Below are positions 1 through 9,285 of a DNA stretch of 60,271 bases, in pieces. How positions within the stretch are numbered: position 1 is the stretch's first letter; every line of letters starts with the position of its first letter. The position numbers were made by a program, and so were the translations under genes. Source of the stretch: Bacilli bacterium. GTDB lineage: Bacteria; Bacillota_I; Bacilli_A; RF39; UBA660. The stretch is taken from contig JAAWSW010000001.1 of the NCBI GenBank assembly GCA_022801735.1, positions 1 to 60,271 on the forward strand, read 5' to 3'. The notes under the pieces were generated by a model that ran no database searches, was not told the DNA's origin, and saw nothing but the letters and a program-made list of their open reading frames with translations.

Positions 1-1166
1 GGTATATCCCTTCTCTTATCAGAAAATAAATTTTTAATAATTTGACGCTTATTCTTTAAAATAAACTTTCCCATAATATCTAAAAGTTCCATAGAATTAC
101 GATAAGTTTTCTCTAATTTAAAAATTGTAGACTGTGGAAAATAATTGTCAAATTCAAAAAACACCTTCAGATTAGATCCAGTAAAACGATATATACTTTG
201 AAAATCATCACCAACCGCCAACAATTTAGAACCAGTTTTTACCTTAATAAGCCTAATGAGTTCACACTTAACCAAAGAAATATCCTGATATTCATCAATA
301 ATAATATATTTATAATTCCTAATCCCAAATTTTTCCACAATATTTATAGATTCATTAATCATATCATGAAAATCAATACTTCCATCCTTCATAAGATAAT
401 CCATATATCTAACATATATTTCTTTAGCCATTAATAATAAAGTTCTATTTCTTTTCTTTAAAAAATCATCACTTTCCAAACTATTAAGACTTAAAAACAA
501 ATCAAACTTATCCACATTAAAATTATTTCCCTTAAATAAATTAATAAAAGTTAAAAAAAGCATTTTCAAATTTTCCACAGGCTTAGTTTCTAACGCTAAC
601 GAATGATGTAAAAAAGAAAAATCACCATCACCAAAATCATAAAAATTATAATAAGGTAAAATATCTAAAATATCATTTTCTGATATAACCTCTTCAATAA
701 TATTACATAAAATTTCATCTTTAACTATAGACCTAAATTGCCCATTAGATTTTAAAATTTCCATACCAAGTTTATGAAAAGTATAAACTTTCATATCAAT
801 TCCATTATTAACTAACTTTCTTCTTAAACTATCACATGCCTTATTAGTAAAAGATATACAAAGAATATCATTAGGATCAACACCACTTTTAACCAAATAT
901 AAAATACGGCCCAAAATAGTTAAACTTTTTCCACTCCCTGCACCAGCAATAACTAAAGTACTATCCTCTTCAGATAAAACAATCTTTCTTTGCTGATCAT
1001 CCAAAACATGACCATTAATATTATTAAGTAAATCTTTGTATTGACATTCCTTTTCAAAAAGATAATCTCTATTCAAACTTTCTATTTTTCTTTTTAACCA
1101 TTTATTAGAAACAAAGTATCTATAAAAAATATTTTTATCTTTTAGTTCTCTTATTTTATCAGACAT
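1..1166 (-). CDS. SF1 UvrD/Rep-family (helicase IV-like) DNA helicase, N-terminal ~388 aa; C-terminus lies outside the window
   Basis: Absent from the ORF track because it runs off the window edge. My minus-strand translation from ATG 1166-1164 reads MSDKIRELKDK... It contains 'VIAGAGSGKSLTILGRI' (Walker A), 'YKYIIIDEYQDIS' (motif II), 'LLAVGDDFQSIYRFTG' (motif III) and 'EKTYRNS', with no in-frame stops down to position 1. Confidence 0.8.
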   Translation of the reverse strand, partial: MSDKIRELKDKNIFYRYFVSNKWLKRKIESLNRDYLFEKECQYKDLLNNINGHVLDDQQRKIVLSEEDSTLVIAGAGSGKSLTILGRILYLVKSGVDPNDILCISFTNKACDSLRRKLVNNGIDMKVYTFHKLGMEILKSNGQFRSIVKDEILCNIIEEVISENDILDILPYYNFYDFGDGDFSFLHHSLALETKPVENLKMLFLTFINLFKGNNFNVDKFDLFLSLNSLESDDFLKKRNRTLLLMAKEIYVRYMDYLMKDGSIDFHDMINESINIVEKFGIRNYKYIIIDEYQDISLVKCELIRLIKVKTGSKLLAVGDDFQSIYRFTGSNLKVFFEFDNYFPQSTIFKLEKTYRNSMELLDIMGKFILKNKRQIIKNLFSDKRRDI

Positions 1167-1263
1167 ATCTAATTTTGAAACATACAAAAAAACCACCTCT
1201 AAAGTATATATACCCTAAAAGTAGTCCAAATTCCTGCATAAAACTCAAAATTTCTTAAAATAA

Positions 1264-1608
1264 TTATAAACTAACTGTAACTTTACTTAAATTCATAAAT
1301 ATATAAATTGCTGTAGTAATAGCACCACCAGCAAAACCAACTAATAAAGCCATTATTAAAGTATTAATAAACCCACCATTAAACTTATTATTATCTCCTA
1401 AAATAGAATGACCATTATTTAAAGATAAAGTTTTTCCTTCACTTTTGACCTGTGAATTAGAATTACTTTCACCTAAACCTTGAGACACGGTAGATGTTTG
1501 CGCAATAGCCTGTAATCTTGCCTGTTCTTGTAATTGAGCAATATTTTGCTTAATTTCTCTTGCCTTTTTTAAATTAGCCTGAATCTGTTCTAATTTACTA
1601 CCATTCAT
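1264..1608 (-). CDS. Small coiled-coil protein with C-terminal transmembrane anchor (hypothetical)
   Basis: Track ORF 1264..1635. The preferred start is the internal ATG (MNGSKLEQIQ...) preceded by GGAGGTG. The C-terminus 'GFINTLIMALLVGFAGGAITTAIYIF' is hydrophobic. Confidence 0.5.
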   Translation of the reverse strand: MNGSKLEQIQANLKKAREIKQNIAQLQEQARLQAIAQTSTVSQGLGESNSNSQVKSEGKTLSLNNGHSILGDNNKFNGGFINTLIMALLVGFAGGAITTAIYIFMNLSKVTVSL

Positions 1609-1724
1609 ACAAACACCTCCCATTACTATATCCATTATAACAAATTATCATAATTAGTATTAAACAAATGAAGTAAGTTTACACATTAATTAAAAAAATT
1701 TACATAAAAAAAGGGACAATCCCC

Positions 1725-3080
1725 TTATTTTATATATTTAGATACCTCTTCAAAATCACTTAAATGAATTTTTTCAGTACCAATAATTTGATAATCTTCA
1801 TGACCTTTTCCTAACACAAGTAAAATATCTTTAGACTCCAATAAACTAATAGCCTTTTTAATCGCATCCTTACGATCTAAAACAATTTCATAATTAGTTT
1901 TCTTAAGACCATTTGTAATGTCACTTAAAATAACCTCAGGATCCTCAGTTCGTGGATTATCACTAGTAAATATAACATAATCACTATTTTTACTAGCAAT
2001 TTCCCCCATTATAGGTCTTTTAGTTTTATCACGATCTCCACCACAACCAATTAAAGTAAATATACGTCCCTCACAATACTCTTTAACACTATTGATAATA
2101 TTTAATACAGCATCAGGCGTATGAGCATAATCAATTATTGCAGTATATTTATCATTACTTATAATTTGATATCGTCCAGATGGTGCCTTCAAATTACGAG
2201 TTTCAGAGACAACATCATCCATTTCCATTCCAAACATATCGCAAATAATATAAGAATACATATAATTATAGATATTATAAGTTCCTGGAATAGGTAACAT
2301 TACTTCCCTAACTTCACCATCATGAGTAACCTTAAAAGTACTATAATTGTTGAACAATTTTACATTACTCACTTTATAATCATGCTTTCCATTAATTCCA
2401 AATAAAATATTTTTATTACCCTCTAAAACAAAATCATTAGAATACTTATCATCCATATTAATAATTGCATACCCAGATCTTTTCATACTTTGAAATAAAT
2501 TAATTTTCGCCTTCTTATACTCTTCCATAGTTTTATGATAATCTAAATGATCTTGAGTCAAATTAGTAAAACCAGCAAAATCAAATTTTATTCCATCTAA
2601 ACGCCTATTAACAAGCGCATGACTAGAAACTTCCATAGCCACAAACACACAATCGTCATTAGCCGCCTCTACAAGCATATCGTACTGCTCATACAAATCT
2701 GGTGTCGTATTAGCAAGTTCCCTATGTTTTTCCGGCAAATAAAAGCCAATCGTTCCAATATATGCACTCTTCATCCCAAGTAAATTTAATAACTGATATA
2801 ATAAATAACAACTGGTAGTTTTCCCATTAGTTCCAGTTATACCAATCAATTTAAGTTTACTAATTTTATCAGCATATAACTCTTTCAAATAATTAGATAA
2901 ATACTTCTTAGTATCTGGGACAATTATAGTTTTAACACTATAATCACCACGTTCAGCAATTATACAAGCAGCTCCTCTGTCAATGGCATCCTCGATATAA
3001 TCATGACCATCACGTACAGCAGACTTAATAGCAATAAAAGTATCTCCAGTTTCAATACTTCTAGAATTAACCTTAAGCAT
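1725..3080 (-). CDS. murE: UDP-N-acetylmuramoyl-L-alanyl-D-glutamate--2,6-diaminopimelate ligase (Mur ligase, MurE type)
   Basis: Contains the Mur ligase P-loop 'GITGTNGKTT'. The N-terminus 'SRSIETGDTFIAIKSAVRDGHDYIEDAIDRGAA' is typical of MurE. The 'SDNPRTEDP' (DNPR) motif is associated with meso-DAP-adding MurE. SD is AAGGAGTG. Confidence 0.85.
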   Translation of the reverse strand: MLKVNSRSIETGDTFIAIKSAVRDGHDYIEDAIDRGAACIIAERGDYSVKTIIVPDTKKYLSNYLKELYADKISKLKLIGITGTNGKTTSCYLLYQLLNLLGMKSAYIGTIGFYLPEKHRELANTTPDLYEQYDMLVEAANDDCVFVAMEVSSHALVNRRLDGIKFDFAGFTNLTQDHLDYHKTMEEYKKAKINLFQSMKRSGYAIINMDDKYSNDFVLEGNKNILFGINGKHDYKVSNVKLFNNYSTFKVTHDGEVREVMLPIPGTYNIYNYMYSYIICDMFGMEMDDVVSETRNLKAPSGRYQIISNDKYTAIIDYAHTPDAVLNIINSVKEYCEGRIFTLIGCGGDRDKTKRPIMGEIASKNSDYVIFTSDNPRTEDPEVILSDITNGLKKTNYEIVLDRKDAIKKAISLLESKDILLVLGKGHEDYQIIGTEKIHLSDFEEVSKYIK

Positions 3081-3108
3081 TATTAATCACTCCTTATTAA
3101 ATTATATG

Positions 3109-3591
3109 TTAATGTTTTTTACTAGATACTAAAGTTACTAACTTACCTAATATTAAAATAACAATTGAACTCAAATAAGATAAACCTATCACAATAGCAT
3201 AACAAATCCAAATACTCTCAGATAAATATTGATTACATAAACCAAATACTAAAAACAATAAAACATATAAAATCATTATAAATATAATAGTTTTAATTGA
3301 ATCACTATTAAAGTTAACCTTTTTAAAATCCCTAAGTTCTGCTAAAAAGAGTAAAGTATAAAATCCCACCATACAAATACCAACTATTTTAGCATCAGCA
3401 AATAATGCCATAATAATTATAACAAATCCTAAAATTTCTGGTGTCACAAAAGTTTCTCTAGGATTTTTAGTAATATAATCACCAAATAATTTCATATCAA
3501 AATTATTATCTTGTAAAATTTTAAGTTGTCTTTGATATTTTAAAATTAAATAACACAAATATGTTGATAAAGAAATAAAGAAAAATATCAT
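3109..3591 (-). CDS. Polytopic membrane protein, unknown function, in operon between asnB and murE
   Basis: 160 aa with 4-5 hydrophobic helices. Its ATG overlaps the asnB TGA stop (ATGA overlap at 3588-3591). Confidence 0.6.
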   Translation of the reverse strand: MIFFFISLSTYLCYLILKYQRQLKILQDNNFDMKLFGDYITKNPRETFVTPEILGFVIIIMALFADAKIVGICMVGFYTLLFLAELRDFKKVNFNSDSIKTIIFIMILYVLLFLVFGLCNQYLSESIWICYAIVIGLSYLSSIVILILGKLVTLVSSKKH

Positions 3592-5411
3592 TTAGAACCT
3601 CCAAAATAAATATCATACCATAATAAGAATGTATAAATAGTCCATACTTTACGACTATTATCAGCCTTACCTGCTCTATGATTATCTAATAATTTAATAA
3701 TCTTATCAGTTTTGAAAAATTGTGATGCATTTTCAAACTTAGTTTTTATTTCAGTATAAACATCATCATCTTTCATCCATACTCTTATAGGAACTGGAAA
3801 ACCTAATTTTTTCTTATCAGAAACCTTAGATTCTAACTTTTCATGAGCAATATCCCTAAATAATTTTTTAGTTTTAAACTTATCTACCTTATACTCTGTT
3901 GGTATACCTCTAGCATAATCAATAAGTGGTCTATCTAAAAATGGAACACGAACCTCTAAAGAATTAGCCATACTCATTTTATCAGCCTTAAGTAAAATAT
4001 CACCAATTAACCAAAAATTAAAATCAATATATTGCATCTTAGTAACATTATCATAATCCTTAGCAGTTTCATAATAAGTGGCAGTTAAATCTTGAAAACC
4101 TTTAGTTTGTCTCTTATTTGCTAAAATCTTACTTACTTCTTTATTATTAAAAATAAATGCATTTCCAACAAATCTATCTTCTAATTTTTTACCACGTCTT
4201 ACTAAAAAATTAAGTCCTCTATGACTAGGCAATAATCCAGCAATACCACCAATTACTTTCCTAATTGGATATGGTACTTTATAATACCAAGGCCAAACAA
4301 ATGATTCTTGATAAATATTATATCCACCAAATATCTCATCAGCCCCCTCACCAGATAAAGATACTTTAACATTTTCACTAGCAATCTTAGTAACGAAATA
4401 TAAGGCAATTGCTGAAGGATCTGCTAAAGGTTCATCCATATAATACATAATATTAGATAAATTTTTAAAATACTCTTCTTTAGTAATAACTTTACTTATA
4501 TTTTGTGTATCAATCTTACTAGATAAATCCTTAGCATAACTAATTTCACTATACTTTTCATCATTGAATCCAACAGTAAAAGTTTTATCAACATCACTAC
4601 TAGCCGCTATAAATGATGAATCAACACCACTAGATAAGAAAGAACCAACTTCAACATCACTAACCTTATGGGCTTTAACTGAATCTTCTAATCTCTCTTT
4701 AACGCCCTCACGCCATTCATCATAACTCTTACTATTATCTACTTCAAATTCAAGTTCATAATACTTTTTTATTTCTAATTCCCCGTCTTTATATTTTAAA
4801 TAATGACCAGGCATTAATTTAAAAACATTTTTAAAGAAAGTTTCACTTCCTACACTATATTGGAAAGTTAAATAATATTCTAACATTTTTTCATTTAATT
4901 CTTTCTTAAAATCAGGATGAATTAAAAAACTTTTAATTTCTGATCCAAAAAAGAAAGTATCATCCATAGTAGCATAATAAAATGGTTTAATTCCATAAAA
5001 ATCCCTAGCAGCAAAAACTTCATGTGTATTAATATCGTAAATAACAAACGCAAACATACCACGTAATTTATCTAAAATCCCCTCAGCATATTCTTCATAC
5101 CCATGAATTAAAACTTCAGTATCAGCATTAGTACTAAAAACATGACCTTTTTCTTCCAAATCTTTTCTAAGTTCAGCAAAATTATATATTTCTCCATTAA
5201 AAGTAATAACTTTAGTTTTATCCTCATTATAAATAGGCTGTGACCCATTATTTAAATCTATAATAGATAAACGACGAAATCCCATTGCAATAGTATCATC
5301 AGTATAATAACCTTCAGAATCAGGCCCACGATGAGCAATTAAATCTGCCATTTTCTTAATATTATCTTTTTTATCTTTTTCTTTATTTACATAGCCAACG
5401 AATCCACACAT
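3588..5411 (-). CDS. asnB: Glutamine-hydrolysing asparagine synthetase family protein (AsnB type)
   Basis: The N-terminal nucleophile motif 'MCGFVGY' marks a class II glutamine amidotransferase. 'SFLSSGVDSS' is the PP-loop. Length is 607 aa and the gene ends with TGA. Confidence 0.9.
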   Translation of the reverse strand: MCGFVGYVNKEKDKKDNIKKMADLIAHRGPDSEGYYTDDTIAMGFRRLSIIDLNNGSQPIYNEDKTKVITFNGEIYNFAELRKDLEEKGHVFSTNADTEVLIHGYEEYAEGILDKLRGMFAFVIYDINTHEVFAARDFYGIKPFYYATMDDTFFFGSEIKSFLIHPDFKKELNEKMLEYYLTFQYSVGSETFFKNVFKLMPGHYLKYKDGELEIKKYYELEFEVDNSKSYDEWREGVKERLEDSVKAHKVSDVEVGSFLSSGVDSSFIAASSDVDKTFTVGFNDEKYSEISYAKDLSSKIDTQNISKVITKEEYFKNLSNIMYYMDEPLADPSAIALYFVTKIASENVKVSLSGEGADEIFGGYNIYQESFVWPWYYKVPYPIRKVIGGIAGLLPSHRGLNFLVRRGKKLEDRFVGNAFIFNNKEVSKILANKRQTKGFQDLTATYYETAKDYDNVTKMQYIDFNFWLIGDILLKADKMSMANSLEVRVPFLDRPLIDYARGIPTEYKVDKFKTKKLFRDIAHEKLESKVSDKKKLGFPVPIRVWMKDDDVYTEIKTKFENASQFFKTDKIIKLLDNHRAGKADNSRKVWTIYTFLLWYDIYFGGSK

Positions 5412-5503
5412 AATCGCTGCCTCCTTTAACTTCTATATACATATAATTTTACCACATATAGAAAACTTATACAAGAAAAGCCATGGATAAAAAAGAAAGT
5501 AAA

Positions 5504-5534
5504 ACAGAAAAAAACTATGTCTCAACATAGTTTT
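5504..5534 (-). terminator. Rho-independent terminator after the 311-aa surface protein gene
   Basis: Stem AAACTATG / CATAGTTT followed by a T-run on the minus strand. Confidence 0.6.
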
Positions 5535-5548
5535 AAAATATTAATAAA

Positions 5549-6484
5549 TTAGCCATTAACATAACATGAAGAACCCCAAGAAGCAGTACTAACATAAGTA
5601 TTACAAACCCTTGCATTAATATCCACGGTTATAACACTTTTATCAGCATAAACTGCACCAAATGAATCGCTACAAAGAATTCTAGAAGTATTAATGTCAC
5701 ATGCAGAAGATCCAAAAATATCTAATAATGTTGTTTTATTATTTTCATATTCACTTGGTTTTAAACAATATAAATTATTATTCTTTATAAAACATGCCTC
5801 TGATGATGCAACATTCCCATCAACTATTACATGCTTTATAAAGTGATTTTTATCTAATGTTTTGTAATCTGCTGTTACACCTTCTATAGTTTTTACTGAA
5901 TCTCCTGGTTTAACTGATTTAGTACTCCAACTATATACCTCACCATTATCAGGGATTTCTAATGAGCCTCCATTTAATGTTCCTTCTTGAACATAATCAA
6001 GTTGAACATTAAACTCTGATTTTAAATTATTTGGTTGTGTTGTTACACTATTTAAGTATTCTACTTTTACTGTTAATGTTGCACTTCCCCCTGCACTTAG
6101 TGTTTCTCCTTCTGTTAATCCTGTTGCAGTAAATTTGATTGCTTCATTATCTGGATCACTTAATGTTATCTTTTCTAATACCGCATTTAAACTTCCACCA
6201 TTGGTTACTGTTATATGATACTCTATAGAATCTCCTGGACTTACTAAATTTGTATTAAATTTAGCAGTTAATGTCCCTACTCCTGTTGGGTCAGAGGCAT
6301 TACTTGCTCCTCCTACTATATTTTTTGTATCTATTTTTGTTATTAATATTTGCCAGTTACTACTTACTCTTGTTGTTCCTGTTATATTTAGTATGCTTTG
6401 AAATGCTGCATATCCTACTACCATTAGTAGTACTACTGCACACAAGCTTGCTATGATTATATTGTTCTTTTTCTTTTGGCTCAT
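5549..6484 (-). CDS. Secreted or cell-surface protein with N-terminal signal/anchor (hypothetical)
   Basis: The N-terminus 'KKKNNIIIASLCAVVLLMVVGYAAFQS' loosely resembles SipW/TasA-type signals. It is followed by a beta-rich region ('PGDSIEYHITVTNGGSLNAVL') and a Cys-containing C-terminal domain. No LPXTG motif. Confidence 0.55.
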   Translation of the reverse strand: MSQKKKNNIIIASLCAVVLLMVVGYAAFQSILNITGTTRVSSNWQILITKIDTKNIVGGASNASDPTGVGTLTAKFNTNLVSPGDSIEYHITVTNGGSLNAVLEKITLSDPDNEAIKFTATGLTEGETLSAGGSATLTVKVEYLNSVTTQPNNLKSEFNVQLDYVQEGTLNGGSLEIPDNGEVYSWSTKSVKPGDSVKTIEGVTADYKTLDKNHFIKHVIVDGNVASSEACFIKNNNLYCLKPSEYENNKTTLLDIFGSSACDINTSRILCSDSFGAVYADKSVITVDINARVCNTYVSTASWGSSCYVNG

Positions 6485-6556
6485 TCTTTCTTCCTCCTAT
6501 TATAGTTTCATTATATCTTAAAATAATATATAAAGCAATAAAAAAGACCATAAGGT

Positions 6557-7564
6557 CTAAAATCTATTAATTACTATTGTCTTAGTAAATAAATCTTTAA
6601 ACGTTTGTTTTCTAGGTGTTACAAAAGCAAGTAATGTTCCAAATGGTAAAATAAGTATTTCTATAAATAAAGAAATAAATCTAAAGAATGATCTAAATAA
6701 TCCTATTTTATTACCATCTAAATCAGTCACTTTTATCTTCATAAGTGATTTACCAAAACTAGATCCATGCGATTCAGTATAAGGAAAATAAAGTAACATA
6801 ATAACTACCATAATAATTGGTAAAACATTTAGAATTGTACTTCTTGCTTCAATATGAAGCCCTGCTACATAATCTTGTAAATATCCAAATAACAAATAAA
6901 TAACATACAAGAATAATATATCAATAACAAATGCCAAAAATCTTTTAAACAAATGAGAATAACCCATTCCTGCATATTTTTCATTGGTTAACTTATTAAC
7001 CACAAAAGTATTAGAAGCCATATCACTTAAAGATTGTTTTTTCTTAGTAAAAATAATAATTAAAAGTCCAATCCCGCAAGTTAAAACATTTAAAATCCTA
7101 AAAATATTTCTTTTAAAAGATAAACCTAATGTCAAAGGGCTATCTAAATCATCAACAACTTCAATTCCTAAAAATTTCTCACCCAAAGTAGCCATTGATT
7201 TAGAATATTGCATAAATACACAATAAAAGAAATATATAATCGGCATAACTAAATAAGGAATAAATGATTTAATAATATAACTAAATTCAACACTTTCAAA
7301 AGAAAAATCATTTATTATTGGCTTCATAAAAAAGTATAAATAAACAAACTCAATAACAGTAAATATAATTAAAAATAACAGATAATCAATTCCATTAGCC
7401 GCCATTCGTTTTATAAATCCAGCATACTTAGGACTCTTAAAATTCATTTCAGCATCATAATTTCTAAACATCTTATTTAAATCAGTAAAATCATAATTAC
7501 AATAAGGACATTTTGATGAACTAGCATCAATCATTCGTCCACAACTAGGACAACCTCTTTCCAT
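6557..7564 (-). CDS. Zinc-ribbon plus tandem RDD-domain membrane protein
   Basis: N-terminal 'CPSCGRMIDASSSKCPYCNY' is a zinc ribbon. Two repeated modules of three TM helices carry the R..D..D style of RDD-family proteins ('FIKRMAANGIDYL', 'LFKRFLAFVIDIL'). Confidence 0.65.
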   Translation of the reverse strand: MERGCPSCGRMIDASSSKCPYCNYDFTDLNKMFRNYDAEMNFKSPKYAGFIKRMAANGIDYLLFLIIFTVIEFVYLYFFMKPIINDFSFESVEFSYIIKSFIPYLVMPIIYFFYCVFMQYSKSMATLGEKFLGIEVVDDLDSPLTLGLSFKRNIFRILNVLTCGIGLLIIIFTKKKQSLSDMASNTFVVNKLTNEKYAGMGYSHLFKRFLAFVIDILFLYVIYLLFGYLQDYVAGLHIEARSTILNVLPIIMVVIMLLYFPYTESHGSSFGKSLMKIKVTDLDGNKIGLFRSFFRFISLFIEILILPFGTLLAFVTPRKQTFKDLFTKTIVINRF

Positions 7565-7632
7565 ATTACCTTCTCCCTCTATAATAAAATTATAACATAC
7601 AAAATAATAAAAAGAAAAGTCTGAAAACAGAC

Positions 7633-8319
7633 TTAAGCATTCTTTATTTTAGTCATATAACTATTAATTTTTACATGCCAATTAGGATTGGCAGCATACT
7701 TTTTATTCATTAATTCTGGCGTATTTAGTCCATAATTATAATATTTTTCTTTTAAGTTAACAATAAAAGCCTTTATACCTTCTTCTAAAGAATTAAAACG
7801 AATTAATCCGCCTTTAGACATCATTCCACCGACATTATTTTTATTTTTAACAGCCGCACTACAACTATGATTACATCCAGTTTCATGAAGTACAATCGCT
7901 ACCGCCAAATAAGGATCAATCCCATATTCTACAGAATATTTAGCAAATATATTACCAGTACCACTTAAATTAGACTTCAAATTTTTATTTAATTTATAAG
8001 TTAATTGCTCCATACTTAAATTATCATAAACAATAGCAGGTTGATTAGTTACAGTCTTAGAAGCCACAACTGGTTTTGGATTAGGTTTAGGTTCTTCTTT
8101 TTTCTCCTCAACACTAGGTGTTGCTACTGCTACATCAATATTAGTAGCATCTTCTAAATTATTAGTTTCTTTAACCATTTCACTTGTTCCTGCAAGTTCA
8201 CTACTATTTTCAGTTTCGTATTTTTGAACAGAATTTTTATTAATAGGTAAATTACAGCACAATACTGACACCGTAATTCCAAAGGCTAAAATAACATATA
8301 CTAAGTGAGTTATTTTCAT
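7633..8319 (-). CDS. Membrane-anchored GH73-like N-acetylglucosaminidase domain protein (paralog 1)
   Basis: C-terminal domain 'GIDPYLAVAIVLHETGCNHSCSAAVKNKNNVGGM' resembles the glucosaminidase 'ESGWG...NN.FG' core. The start was moved to MKITHL (GGAGAG SD 8 nt upstream). An N-terminal TM helix is present. Confidence 0.6.
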   Translation of the reverse strand: MKITHLVYVILAFGITVSVLCCNLPINKNSVQKYETENSSELAGTSEMVKETNNLEDATNIDVAVATPSVEEKKEEPKPNPKPVVASKTVTNQPAIVYDNLSMEQLTYKLNKNLKSNLSGTGNIFAKYSVEYGIDPYLAVAIVLHETGCNHSCSAAVKNKNNVGGMMSKGGLIRFNSLEEGIKAFIVNLKEKYYNYGLNTPELMNKKYAANPNWHVKINSYMTKIKNA

Positions 8320-8406
8320 TCTCATCTCTCCTACGCTATATATCATTTTATCATAGTAAAAGTAATCAGTCAAATTTTTATACTCTTTATATCATAAGAA
8401 AAAAGC

Positions 8407-9117
8407 CTATGCGGCTTTTATTTCGTTTATGTAAGCATTAACCTGTGATGCCCAAGTTCCACTTGCAGCATACTTTGGTCCCATCGCTTCAGCAGTAGTT
8501 AAACCTACAGAAATATAGTTCTTATACAAATTATTCATATAAGCCCTAATCCCTTCCTCTAATGACGGAAAACTAGCATATGCACCACCATTACAACTAG
8601 TAGAGCCTTTCATTCCTCCAACATTATTGCAAGTTTTTAATAAACTACTACAATTCCATTTACACCCTGTCTCATGAAGTACAATCGCTACTGCTAAATA
8701 AGGGTTAATTCCAAGATCTATTGCCATTGAAGCAAAAGCATACCCTTGACCTGAAAGAGTAGAATTTAAAGATCTGTTAAGTTTATCAGATAATTCTTGT
8801 AAAGTCATTCCTTCAAATACAACCTCTTTTAATTTAGCCTCCATAGCCTCTTTTTCAATTTGTTCTTGTGATACTCCCTCAGTTGCTACTACAGGGGTTA
8901 CCACAGTAGTTTCTTCTTTCATATCCAAAACTTTTTTATCATAAAGTACTGATACGACAGGTTTTATATCCATTTTACTATCCATAAGGACAGTGTTATT
9001 TTCACTTACATACTCTTTTCCACTTAAAGCAAGTATTGCCTCACCATATACGGCTACGGCTAAACTTAATGTAGTTATGGCCACTAATAGGGCCTTAACC
9101 GATTTATATTTAATCAT
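8407..9117 (-). CDS. Membrane-anchored GH73-like N-acetylglucosaminidase domain protein (paralog 2)
   Basis: 'GINPYLAVAIVLHETGCKWNCSSLLKTCNNVGGM' shows it is a tandem paralog of the preceding gene. ATG start (MIKYKS) with SD GGAGAGGG. Confidence 0.6.
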   Translation of the reverse strand: MIKYKSVKALLVAITTLSLAVAVYGEAILALSGKEYVSENNTVLMDSKMDIKPVVSVLYDKKVLDMKEETTVVTPVVATEGVSQEQIEKEAMEAKLKEVVFEGMTLQELSDKLNRSLNSTLSGQGYAFASMAIDLGINPYLAVAIVLHETGCKWNCSSLLKTCNNVGGMKGSTSCNGGAYASFPSLEEGIRAYMNNLYKNYISVGLTTAEAMGPKYAASGTWASQVNAYINEIKAA

Positions 9118-9153
9118 ATTCACCCTCTCCTGCTTAACTAGAAAACAGGCTCT

Positions 9154-9182
9154 ATTTTAGCACACTACCATAATCATGTCAA
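9154..9182 (-). promoter_or_regulatory. Sigma-A type promoter for the GH73 gene pair
   Basis: The minus strand reads TTGACA-17 nt-TAAAAT (TGTCAA at 9177-9182 and ATTTTA at 9154-9159 on the plus strand). Confidence 0.5.
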
Positions 9183-9285
9183 ATTGAGACAAAATTAGAC
9201 ATCGGCCTGTGCTCACTATATTATATGTCCAAAATATAAAAAATTATACCACTTCGGCCCAAAAGAAAAAACAACCGAAGTTGTT

